Source: a bacterium (GTDB lineage Bacteria > Margulisbacteria > Marinamargulisbacteria > SXXA01). Taken from it: DNA of 32,531 bases. Made by a program: the position numbers and the translations under genes. The notes under the pieces were generated by a model, which made no database searches, was not told the origin of the DNA, and saw nothing but the letters and a program-made list of their open reading frames with translations. Below are positions 25,568-32,531 of the stretch, one piece after another; positions within the stretch are counted from its first letter, which is position 1, and each line of letters begins with the position of its first letter. Where the stretch lies: assembly GCA_947502965.1 (NCBI GenBank), contig CANNCG010000003.1:1-32531 (forward strand), written 5' to 3'.

Positions 25568-26348
25568 TTTCGGCATACTTTACAATGACTTTGCCTTTGG
25601 CGCGCATGTCAATATACTCCAACGGCTTGGGGTCTATTTCTTTGCCATAATACCAAAAGAATTTTTTGAGGAGCACCAGTTTTTTTTCCAGATCCACCAA
25701 AGAGCCCAGCCGGACGGGCAAGGTGTCATCACGGAGCAAGACAACATCGTCGAGGCCTTCAAATTCAGACGAAAAATCGAGCCCGGTGCAATCCAGCTGT
25801 AAGGCCGCATCGGGGAAGTGATAACGCACTTTGTCTACAATCGTGCGCAGTTTGGCCAAAACGACATCGCTGAGCTGATCATGGTCGAATAGCGCGGGGG
25901 GTAATCCCCGAATAATGAGCAAGTTGTCTTTTTCGGTTAAGCCGCCGTCGGTGGCGCCATCGGACAAGAGGGTGCCATCTTTGGCAATGACCACACTGCC
26001 CGTTTCTCCTAAAAAAGCCAGCCAAGGTTCTTTTTCAGTGATATGGAGGGTGAGGGTAGCGGGGAACGTAATATCCATGTCTGCTTTTTCAATTTTGGGG
26101 AATTTTTTCAGAATAAAGTCACTGCCCGTGACCCAGCGTAGCCACATCACATTTTGGCCTTTATGACGGGAAACTTCCGCAATGAGAGGAGAGTCCTCTT
26201 GGAAGTTATTGTCGCGAATCACGACTTTTTTGAGGGGAAACATGCTGTATTTAAATGCACGATATCCCCCATAGCCTAAGGCCATGATCAAAAACAAAAC
26301 GCCCATATAAAAGCGTCGACGGCGGATATGTGGCGGTGTTTTAGCCAT
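25560..26348 (-). CDS. ftsQ: Cell division protein FtsQ/DivIB (single TM plus POTRA-like periplasmic domain)
   Basis: MAKTPPHIRRRRFYMGVLFLIMALGYGGY gives a short cytoplasmic region plus TM helix, followed by a periplasmic domain. Sits directly upstream of ftsA. ATGGCTAA overlap with the upstream gene's stop. The ORF track extends spuriously to 26510. Confidence 0.7.
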   Translation of the reverse strand: MAKTPPHIRRRRFYMGVLFLIMALGYGGYRAFKYSMFPLKKVVIRDNNFQEDSPLIAEVSRHKGQNVMWLRWVTGSDFILKKFPKIEKADMDITFPATLTLHITEKEPWLAFLGETGSVVIAKDGTLLSDGATDGGLTEKDNLLIIRGLPPALFDHDQLSDVVLAKLRTIVDKVRYHFPDAALQLDCTGLDFSSEFEGLDDVVLLRDDTLPVRLGSLVDLEKKLVLLKKFFWYYGKEIDPKPLEYIDMRAKGKVIVKYAENG

Positions 26349-27537
26349 TAGAAATTTGGACTGGGGCAAATCCCCCTCCAAGCGTTTGAAAGTTGGTGAC
26401 CTGACCTTGAAACAATCTGGCACCCACCATGAGCACCACCTCACCATAGACAAAAAACCGCAGATCATATTTAAACATGGCCGGTTGCGCAGTGAGACTG
26501 TCAGTCTCACTTGGCAGGGTCACAGGGACCATGTCTGCCTGAAAATAAGGCTGTACCACATAGGCTTGATCGAGAAGGGTATCGAATTTTTTTCTGGAAA
26601 TAGAACTCCCTTTGTATACGGCCTTGCTTCCGTAGGTATTTTGGGGTTTAAAAAAACAGTGTTTGCGTTGCTGCCACCATGTTTCGGGAGATTCGTCTTG
26701 GATATGGCGAACAGGGGGAATCACCGATTGAATAAGAGCGATAAGGGCGGTATCGCAGCCGTAGCGCTCCAAAAAACTGGTTTGGGACATGGTCACCATC
26801 CGCCCCTTGTCTGCCATCAGGGCGTAGCTACTAGGATGGGGAGAGACGTGTACCTTTGGATCTGAAATCGCACGTGCGAGGACAGTGTTACTGGGCATGC
26901 TGAGGTAAAAATCACAGCAACGGTTGTAAATATTATCAACAGGTTTCCCCAACGCCATCAACTGTTCCCCATCGTAATAGAGGTCTTTCATATCCACGAT
27001 GTCACAGAGATAGCCCCAGGATTGAAAGATAGCTTGATAGCTTTTGAATTCAAACATCGTGCGCTGTTCAAAAACATCTTCATCCACAATGACCACCCGT
27101 TGACCGGGAATCACAGGGCCCCATTCGGCGACAAACATCTGGCGCAAGGGGTCCCAGACGTCGGATGAGGGCACGGGTGTCAGTCCATGGGCGGCGTAGA
27201 GCAACGCAATGGTGGGATAGCCTGCCCCATTGGTATTAATTTCGATGAGGCGTGGACCTTCTGGCGTCATATAAAAATCAAAACAGAGCAAGGCCGAATC
27301 CGCGTTATCCAAGCGCACACCTTCTTGAATGGCGGCTTGGGTGTCTTGCCTGTAGAGGGGATGGTCTGTGACCCGACGAAAGGTACGTATAAATTTCTGG
27401 CACTGCGCGAATGTGGCGGATGAAAGGGGAACCACAGTGTCAGACACAAACAACGGCATCATGGTGGGTTCCTCTGCGAGAAAAGAAAGTGTCGGAAAAT
27501 GGGTTTTGGGGGTGTCTAAAAAGCGACGAAATGTCAT
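26341..27537 (-). CDS. ATP-grasp superfamily protein, apparently circularly permuted, in the ddl position of the fts cluster
   Basis: 398 aa. C-terminal half has ATP-grasp central/C motifs: CFFKPQNTYGSKAVYKG, AYVVQPYFQ, YDLRFFVYGEVVLMVGARLFQGQVTNFQTLGGG. The motif that normally ends the fold (FDFYMTPEGPRLIEINTNGAGY, cf. Ddl/RimK DF...EvN..PG) lies near the N-terminus (residues ~85-110). Confidence 0.5.
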   Translation of the reverse strand: MTFRRFLDTPKTHFPTLSFLAEEPTMMPLFVSDTVVPLSSATFAQCQKFIRTFRRVTDHPLYRQDTQAAIQEGVRLDNADSALLCFDFYMTPEGPRLIEINTNGAGYPTIALLYAAHGLTPVPSSDVWDPLRQMFVAEWGPVIPGQRVVIVDEDVFEQRTMFEFKSYQAIFQSWGYLCDIVDMKDLYYDGEQLMALGKPVDNIYNRCCDFYLSMPSNTVLARAISDPKVHVSPHPSSYALMADKGRMVTMSQTSFLERYGCDTALIALIQSVIPPVRHIQDESPETWWQQRKHCFFKPQNTYGSKAVYKGSSISRKKFDTLLDQAYVVQPYFQADMVPVTLPSETDSLTAQPAMFKYDLRFFVYGEVVLMVGARLFQGQVTNFQTLGGGFAPVQISNG

Positions 27538-27547
27538 GGCGAGGTTC

Positions 27548-28339
27548 CTATACTAAAGTCAGAGGGGCAGGATAGCAAAAGTGGTAGTTTAACGCTATTT
27601 TCAGTTTGCGGTTCGAGACCATTTTTCCACCTGCCACAGTGTCGCTATTCATGTCATATAGGGCGGCTCTTGTGGGATGACCGTCACTCACCGCATTCCA
27701 GACATGTCCCCAGTGATTGCCACGCATCATAGTCATGACGATGCCGATGACATCGTCTCTGTGGATCAGATTCACACGACTATGGGGCGTATGTTTGGCG
27801 AGCCCTCGCGTCGCAAAACTGTGGACAGGCCTGTCGGGGCCATAGAGTCCCCCCAGGCGCAATACCGTCGTGGGTCCGGCGTGAGACATGATGACCGCCT
27901 CTGCTTCGGCCAATGCGCGGAGCCGTGGCGCAATGGGAGAGAAAGAGAGGTCTTCATCGACCTCATGATCACAGTCGGGGTAATACGATGTCGAACTGGT
28001 GAACAAAAGCTGTTGATGCGGCAACAAGGATCGCAAAATTTCACGCATTTGGGCCACATAGACAAAGGGATCCACAAAGTTGCGGCGAAAAGGAAGTGTG
28101 ACGATGATGGTGTCGCTGTCCCAGCAGGCGTCTTTGGCACGGCGAGGATTTCCCTCCCCAACCTCTCCCATGGGAGGGGTTCCCACTTCGAGGAGGTGAG
28201 GGGTAAAGCCCTCTTTCGCCAACAGGTCACATTTTCCTGGCTGGGTGGTGGTGGCGTGAACGCGCCAGCCGTCGGCATGCAGGGCCTTCCCCAGAGATAG
28301 GCCCAGCCAGCCGGTGCCCAATAGGCTAACCGTTTTCAC
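27548..28339 (-). CDS. NAD(P)-binding Rossmann-fold protein (epimerase/dehydratase-like or atypical SDR); start uncertain
   Basis: KTVSLLGTGWLGLSLGKALHADGWRVHATT glycine-rich dinucleotide-binding motif. The preceding ~58 aa of the ORF-track model overlap cbiX and look non-coding. GTG at 28339 chosen as a provisional start. Confidence 0.5.
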   Translation of the reverse strand: MKTVSLLGTGWLGLSLGKALHADGWRVHATTTQPGKCDLLAKEGFTPHLLEVGTPPMGEVGEGNPRRAKDACWDSDTIIVTLPFRRNFVDPFVYVAQMREILRSLLPHQQLLFTSSTSYYPDCDHEVDEDLSFSPIAPRLRALAEAEAVIMSHAGPTTVLRLGGLYGPDRPVHSFATRGLAKHTPHSRVNLIHRDDVIGIVMTMMRGNHWGHVWNAVSDGHPTRAALYDMNSDTVAGGKMVSNRKLKIALNYHFCYPAPLTLV

Positions 28340-28706
28340 AGAGCGTGGTGACAATATCCCCGATGGCGGTGATGACCATGGGGTTTTCCCCGATAGGGCG
28401 TTCCATGGCGATGTCCAGTGCTGGAAAGGCCTCTGCAACCGCAGCGATCTGTGTGGGAATATCGTGATCCACATGTCCCCCACTGGCCATAAACAGGGGC
28501 AAAACCCGTACACGAAACGGCATATCGATGTGGTCGGTCCATGCGCTCACCACGTCCATTAACGTGGGTGAGGCAATTTCCATGTAGCAGAGATGCATGT
28601 CTTGGTCCGGATTTTGGGCTTGCAGTGTGGCAGTCAAGTGTTTAAATACGTCACACCACTTGGGATCACGACTGCCATGACAGATCAACGCAACTACGGT
28701 TCTCAT
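28326..28706 (-). CDS. cbiX: Small CbiX-type sirohydrochlorin chelatase-like protein
   Basis: MRTVVALICHGSRDP ... VRVLPLFMASGGHVDHDIP matches the short CbiX pattern (HGSRdp ... PlfL..G.H...DIP). ATGA overlap with the upstream SPFH gene stop. Confidence 0.65.
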   Translation of the reverse strand: MRTVVALICHGSRDPKWCDVFKHLTATLQAQNPDQDMHLCYMEIASPTLMDVVSAWTDHIDMPFRVRVLPLFMASGGHVDHDIPTQIAAVAEAFPALDIAMERPIGENPMVITAIGDIVTTLCENG

Positions 28707-29503
28707 CTGTTGAGCGACTGTAAAAAAGGCAATGCCTTGGCATCGGATACGACCTGAGGCATCTTCCCATCCCATTTTTCGATGGCCATTTTTTGGAGCA
28801 CGGCGGGTGTCAATGTTTGAATCAGAAGGCGTTGGGCTTCGGCTTGTCCACGTGCGCGGGCCACTTCGGCATCGGCTTCATTTTTGGCGCGTTCAGAGAG
28901 AAATCTGGCCTGTTGGGCTTGTTGTTGTGCGATTTGTTTTTGCTCAATGGCTTTGTCAAATTCGTCACTGAAGTCCAAGTTTGCAATAGAAACATCGGTC
29001 ACAATAATGCCACGAATTTTAAGTCTTTCTGTCAATGTGCCCAAAATATCTTCTCGGAGATCTGTTCTCAAAATGAGCAACTCTTCGGCTGTTTTTTCAG
29101 CACAAGCAGCCTTGACCATTTCTTGGCTGGCGGGACTCAAAATACGGGCAATAATAGCCGCCTCATCCCCAACTTCCCGGTAGATTCTGACGATAGCCGT
29201 GGGGTCTATATAATAATTGACCACGACATCCACGGCGACCTGTTGCAAATCTTTGGTCCCTGCAGTGCCACGGATATCTGCTTTTTGAATACGGATACTC
29301 ATTTCATGAACTTGGCTCACAAAAGGCGTGACCATATGAATACCTTCTCCGAGTACCGTTTCGTTGATGCTCCCCAAGCGAACCAATACCCCACGATTCC
29401 CCCCCTCGATGATGACCACGGACAAGTAACAGAGGATCAATACAAGACCTACAGAAGCGCCAAGTGCGAGCTTGCGAATATCTGGAACTTGTTGTTGGGA
29501 CAT
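28703..29503 (-). CDS. SPFH/band-7 (prohibitin/HflC-like) membrane protein
   Basis: 266 aa. N-terminal TM helix (LALGASVGLVLILCYLSVVII), then GNRGVLVRLGSINETVLGEGIHMVTPFVSQVHEMSIRIQK... typical of band-7 domains, and a coiled-coil A/Q/E-rich tail. AAGGAG SD 7 nt upstream of ATG 29503. Confidence 0.8.
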   Translation of the reverse strand: MSQQQVPDIRKLALGASVGLVLILCYLSVVIIEGGNRGVLVRLGSINETVLGEGIHMVTPFVSQVHEMSIRIQKADIRGTAGTKDLQQVAVDVVVNYYIDPTAIVRIYREVGDEAAIIARILSPASQEMVKAACAEKTAEELLILRTDLREDILGTLTERLKIRGIIVTDVSIANLDFSDEFDKAIEQKQIAQQQAQQARFLSERAKNEADAEVARARGQAEAQRLLIQTLTPAVLQKMAIEKWDGKMPQVVSDAKALPFLQSLNR

Positions 29504-29704
29504 AGCGAACTCCTTTAAAATATAGACATATCCCCAAATTGAATTTGCGGATACGCTCCGAAATACATACTGGAGAGAGTCTATCCAAAAAGACAGGGGT
29601 TGGCGAGACTCTCTCTGTCATTTACGCTACGCGGTGTGCTTGGGGGCCAGGCGCTCCCAAGCAACCACCTCCCCGCGTACAAAATTGCTCCGAAAGGCAA
29701 ATAA

Positions 29705-29980
29705 ATGACCCCACGAGAATCCCGTATATTGGCCCTTTTGACTACGACATTCCAGCCCTTACACCTCACGGTGCGCAACAGCTCTGCGGGCCATCGCGGC
29801 CATCAAGGCGCCTCTACGGAAAGCCATTTTGACGTGCATATTGTGTCTGACACCTTTACAGGGATGTCGCGGATCGCCCGACACCGCGAGGTCAATGCGG
29901 CCCTCAAATCACTTTTTGATGAGGGACTTCATGCCCTGACAATCGTGGCAATGTCGCCGGAAGAATCCCCGCTGTCTTAG
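29705..29980 (+). CDS. bolA: BolA-family protein
   Basis: 91 aa. RNSSAGHRGHQG...SHFDVHIVSDTFTGMSRIARHREVNAALKSLFDEGLHALTIVAMSPEE matches BolA (S.HxGH ... HF.v.ivS..F.g.s.v.rHr.v...L...iHALsi). Confidence 0.7.
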   Translation: MTPRESRILALLTTTFQPLHLTVRNSSAGHRGHQGASTESHFDVHIVSDTFTGMSRIARHREVNAALKSLFDEGLHALTIVAMSPEESPLS

Positions 29981-30005
29981 TGGGGATTTGTATCGATCGA
30001 CAAGG

Positions 30006-30025
30006 GCGTACGTCATAACGTGCGC
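30006..30025. promoter_or_regulatory. Imperfect 20-bp palindrome gcgtacgtcataacgtgcgc upstream of yefM; candidate antitoxin operator
   Basis: 16 of 20 positions are self-complementary. Lies 10 nt upstream of the AAGGAG SD of yefM. Confidence 0.35.
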
Positions 30026-30046
30026 TTTCATATCAAGGAGATGCTT

Positions 30047-30376
30047 ATGACAACAGTAAATGCAACCGAAGCGCGTGCACAATTGTATACCCTTATCGAT
30101 GAAACAACGGCCTCCCATCAGCCGATCGTGATCAAGGGAAAAAGATCCAATACCATTTTGCTGTCAGAGGAAGATTGGAATACCATTAATGAGACACTCT
30201 ATTTGGTATCTATACCAGGAATGCGTGAATCGATTATGAAGGGCAAACTTTGGTTGAGGAGTGCAGCCCGGAGCTTGACTGGTAATGTGGCAATTGGCCT
30301 ATACCAAACAGGCGCAAAAAGATGCCCAAAAGCTGGAGAATTCTGGCCTCAAAGACAAGGCTCGAAAACGGTTTAA
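30047..30376 (+). CDS. yefM: YefM/Phd-family antitoxin; in-frame stop only at 30376, but a +1-shifted frame gives a canonical C-terminus ending TAATG at 30283..30287 (possible frameshift)
   Basis: AAGGAG 6 nt upstream of ATG 30047. MTTVNATEARAQLYTLIDETTASHQPIVIKGKRSNTILLSEEDWNTINETLYLVSIPGMRESI is collinear with E. coli YefM. After RESIM the in-frame continuation (KGKLWLRSAARSLTGNVAIGLYQ...) looks like out-of-frame translation of yoeB. The frame starting at 30229 reads IDYEGQTLVEECSPELDW-stop, with TAA overlapping the yoeB ATG. Confidence 0.6.
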   Translation: MTTVNATEARAQLYTLIDETTASHQPIVIKGKRSNTILLSEEDWNTINETLYLVSIPGMRESIMKGKLWLRSAARSLTGNVAIGLYQTGAKRCPKAGEFWPQRQGSKTV

Positions 30377-30545
30377 AATACTGCGTCAAAATCCGTTTCA
30401 GAATCCGCCACCCTATAAAAAGTTGGTGTGTGATTTGCAAGGGGCCTATTCCAGACGTATCAACATTCAGCATCGGTTGGTTTATCAGATTCTTGAACGT
30501 GATAAAATCGTAAAAATACTGAGACTTTGGACCCAGTATTCATGA
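30285..30545 (+). CDS. yoeB: YoeB/Txe-family toxin (mRNA interferase)
   Basis: 86 aa. ...NPFQNPPPYKKLVCDLQGAYSRRINIQHRLVYQILERDKIVKILRLWTQY matches the YoeB core (nPF...KPE.Lk..lsG.WSRRI..eHRLVY.v.dd.l.I...ryHY). Confidence 0.75.
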   Translation: MWQLAYTKQAQKDAQKLENSGLKDKARKRFKILRQNPFQNPPPYKKLVCDLQGAYSRRINIQHRLVYQILERDKIVKILRLWTQYS

Positions 30546-30562
30546 GCGGAAGGGCGCAGCCC

Positions 30563-30591
30563 TTGGCTATCCCCCTTGTCACTTGTATGAT
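30563..30591 (+). promoter_or_regulatory. Candidate sigma70-type promoter for queF-smpB-queC (TTGGCT, 17 bp, TATGAT)
   Basis: -35 TTGGCT at 30563..30568, 17-bp spacer, -10 TATGAT at 30586..30591, about 38 nt upstream of the queF ATG (AAAGGA SD). Direct repeat cttgtcac x2 flanks the -10. Preceded by a GC hairpin (aagggc-gca-gccctt, 30550..30564) just after the yoeB stop. Confidence 0.35.
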
Positions 30592-30629
30592 GAGCCATAC
30601 GTACTTGTCACCTCAGAAAAGGAACCCCC

Positions 30630-31019
30630 ATGGCAATTGCAGAAGGTCTCTCACTTCCTTTTGAATCTGAATCTGCCATCCGCGTAGATTTTCTCGAAAC
30701 CTTTCCCTATGAGGGGGCCCGCCAACGGGTCCGCTATGAGACCTCCGAGTGGTCTTGTGTTTGTCCATTTTCAGGCTTGCCAGACTATGGGCGTCTGGTC
30801 ATCGACTATATCCCCGATGGCCATATCGTGGAGCTCAAATCCCTCAAATATTACATCGTGTCCTATCGCAATATCGGGATTTACCAAGAGCCCGTGACCA
30901 ACCGTCTTTTTCAGGACTTAAAAACACTGCTAGCGCCCCAATATTTGCGTATTGAGACAATTTACAACACCCGTGGGGGCATTGATACCACATGCGTGAT
31001 CGAAGAAGGTCAGGCATAG
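30630..31019 (+). CDS. queF: NADPH-dependent 7-cyano-7-deazaguanine reductase (YkvM-type, unimodular)
   Basis: 129 aa. ETSEWSCVCPFSGLPDYGRLVIDYIPDGHIVELKSLKYYIVSYRNIGIYQE ... RGGID matches QueF (E.SE..CP.tGqPDfa...i.Y.p....vEsKSLKlYl.SfRn...fhE ... rGGI). Confidence 0.85.
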   Translation: MAIAEGLSLPFESESAIRVDFLETFPYEGARQRVRYETSEWSCVCPFSGLPDYGRLVIDYIPDGHIVELKSLKYYIVSYRNIGIYQEPVTNRLFQDLKTLLAPQYLRIETIYNTRGGIDTTCVIEEGQA

Positions 31020-31023
31020 ACCC

Positions 31024-31488
31024 ATGATCTCTGACGTTCGCTTGCTGGTTGCCAACAATAAAAAAGCCCGTTTTGACTATGAAATCGTCGATACATTGGA
31101 AGTCGGTATCTCGCTGGAAGGCTGTGAGGTCAAATCGGTGCGGGCAGGCAAGGTGAGCCTCAAAGAAAGCTATGCCAAACCCGTGGGGTCTGAGCTGTGG
31201 TTGGTGAATTGTCATATTGCAGAATACACGATGGCCACCTTTGACAAAGTAGATCCCTTACGGCAACGCAAATTGTTATTGCATCGCCGTGAGCTGAGCC
31301 GTTGGATGGGGAAATGTCAGATCAAAGGATTTACGATTGTCCCGTTGCGTATGTACATCACCAACGGACAGCGTGTGAAGCTGGAGATCGGGCTGGCCAA
31401 GTCCAAAAAAACACATGACAAACGGGCGACTGTCAAAGAACGGGATGCAGACCGCGAAATCTCGAGAGGCTTGGGAGGTCGTTATTAG
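31024..31488 (+). CDS. smpB: SsrA-binding protein
   Basis: 154 aa. VANNKKARFDYEI...GISLEGCEVKSVRAGKVSLKESYA...WLVNCHIAEY...DPLRQRKLLLHRRELSRWMG...KGFTIVPLRMYITNGQRVKLEIGLAKSKKTHDKR is collinear with SmpB. Confidence 0.9.
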   Translation: MISDVRLLVANNKKARFDYEIVDTLEVGISLEGCEVKSVRAGKVSLKESYAKPVGSELWLVNCHIAEYTMATFDKVDPLRQRKLLLHRRELSRWMGKCQIKGFTIVPLRMYITNGQRVKLEIGLAKSKKTHDKRATVKERDADREISRGLGGRY

Positions 31489-32145
31489 ATGGCAACGGCA
31501 CTGGTACTTTTGTCTGGCGGTCAGGATAGCGCCACATGTTTGGCATTGGCGATTGCAGAATTTGGGGCCGCTGAAGTGATGACCTTGTCTTTTGATTATG
31601 GCCAGCGTCACCGTATAGAGCTGCAAAAAGCCCAAATTTTAGCGGCAACGGCGGGCGTGTCCTATCAGGAAGTGGCGCTTCCTTTTATTGGGGGCCTGTC
31701 CCACAATGCCTTAACGGACAATACGATGGTCATAGACGCACTGGGGCCAGAGAGTATGCCCAATACCTTTGTGCCAGGTAGAAACTTGTTTTTTCTCAGT
31801 GTGGCGGCGGTTGTCGCCAAGCAGCATGGGATACGTATTCTCTATACGGGGGTATGTCAGACGGATTATTCGGGATATCCAGATTGCCGAGATACCTTTG
31901 TGAAATCCCTAAATGTGACCTTGAATTTGGCGATGGAAGACCATTTCGAGATTCGCACACCGCTCATGTGGATGACCAAATCGGAGACGGTGTTGCTGAT
32001 GGCCGAGATGGGGCGCCTAGAGTGGTACGGCCATACGTACACATGTTACGAAGGCGTGGTCCCGCCATGTGGGACGTGTCCCTCATGTCTGCTACGCGCA
32101 AAGGGCTTCCATGAAGCAGGGATTTTCGATCCTCAGTTTGCATGA
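31489..32145 (+). CDS. queC: 7-cyano-7-deazaguanine synthase
   Basis: 218 aa. ALVLLSGGQDSATCLALA (PP-loop SGGxDS), FDYGQRHRIEL, and C-terminal Cys cluster CYEGVVPPCGTCPSC (zinc site) match QueC. Confidence 0.9.
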   Translation: MATALVLLSGGQDSATCLALAIAEFGAAEVMTLSFDYGQRHRIELQKAQILAATAGVSYQEVALPFIGGLSHNALTDNTMVIDALGPESMPNTFVPGRNLFFLSVAAVVAKQHGIRILYTGVCQTDYSGYPDCRDTFVKSLNVTLNLAMEDHFEIRTPLMWMTKSETVLLMAEMGRLEWYGHTYTCYEGVVPPCGTCPSCLLRAKGFHEAGIFDPQFA

Positions 32146-32384
32146 TCGCGTCCTGTTGGCGCTGTCGCAAAAAAGCCATGTTTAAAACTTTCAAATCGTA
32201 AGCGCTCCAGGAACCCGATACTGCCGTCCCTCGAAAAATAGAGCTACGCTTTAGTAGCGAGTAAAAACTACGGAGACGTCAAATAGAAAAAGAGAGAGAA
32301 ACAGACTGGGAAGCGGAATATATAGGGTGGCAAAAGAGTGGGTTGAGCCAAGTGGCGTATAGTACAAAATCTGGATACAGCCTG

Positions 32385-32531
32385 AGCTTGCCCCCTAACG
32401 GTGGACCAAAGTTCTAAAAAAAAGAGATATAAAATTCGTCGTCGTCGTGGCTGTGGAACTGTGGGAAACTTGCTCTGAAGTTTTCCATATTTCCATAGCC
32501 TGTTCTATCTAATGATCAGCTCCTTTGCAAG
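32385..32531. repeat. Right copy of the 147-bp terminal inverted repeat
   Basis: Exact reverse complement of 1..147. Confidence 0.9.

Noticed and set aside
25134-25802. Plus-strand 222-aa ORF, plus 24504..24917 and 24857..25093
   Set aside because: Antisense to ftsA/ftsQ, which carry clear actin-fold and POTRA-type signatures. C/S/T/P-rich translation with no domain.
28793-29518. Plus-strand 241-aa ORF, plus 27677..28300 and 27772..28278
   Set aside because: Antisense to the SPFH and NAD-binding genes. No start signal or domain.
30592-30629. Possible preQ1 riboswitch upstream of queF
   Set aside because: Expected because queF/queC operons often carry preQ1-I aptamers. But the leader between the predicted -10 and the ATG is only ~38 nt and shows no P1 hairpin with the UCUAG loop or the A-rich 3' tail pairing. 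I did not find the aptamer.
1-32531. Interpretation of the window as a phage, plasmid or transposon because of the terminal inverted repeats
   Set aside because: No transposase, integrase, recombinase, replication-initiator, capsid or terminase genes. Content is housekeeping plus one large accessory surface-protein operon. I kept the repeats as a finding but not a mobile-element call.
1-32531. CRISPR array
   Set aside because: No evenly spaced short direct repeats anywhere. The only repeats are the terminal inverted repeat and the palindromic elements.

Overview
This 32.5-kb, gene-dense window (GC roughly 53-55%) is bounded at its exact ends by a perfect 147-bp inverted repeat (1..147 vs 32385..32531). 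It is chromosomal in character: it carries housekeeping genes, many genes have AAGGAG-type Shine-Dalgarno sequences, and no transposase, integrase, rRNA, tRNA or CRISPR array is visible.

Main contents:
- **Giant fiber operon (minus strand, 16121 down to 247).** A small secreted protein with a type-IX-secretion (T9SS) C-terminal sorting domain is followed by a PorP/SprF-like outer-membrane beta-barrel, then a giant 4555-aa secreted repetitive fiber protein, then a DUF218/YdcF-like protein. The giant protein carries more than 20 degenerate copies of a G-N-V-G-I-G-T-x-x-P...L-x-V motif and a tail-fibre-like segment.
- **Plus-strand block.** A HicB-like protein, thrS lacking the N-terminal TGS domain, and a HAD-like hydrolase.
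- **Mixed minus-strand operon.** birA, aroH, tyrA, bioC, bioD and a J-domain protein. Three related double-hairpin palindromic elements sit in-frame inside tyrA, birA and the 5' end of bioD.
- **Cell-division-like cluster (minus strand).** SPFH protein, cbiX, an NAD-binding protein, a circularly permuted ATP-grasp protein in the position where ddl usually sits, then ftsQ and ftsA, with no ftsZ downstream.
- **3' plus-strand block.** bolA, a yefM-yoeB toxin-antitoxin pair (the yefM frame looks disturbed), queF, smpB and queC.

The most interesting candidates are:
1. the in-frame palindromic element family, reminiscent of Rickettsia palindromic elements;
2. the T9SS-associated giant fiber locus;
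3. the terminal inverted repeats;
4. a perfect 36-bp palindrome in the divergent promoter region between the T9SS operon and hicB/thrS.
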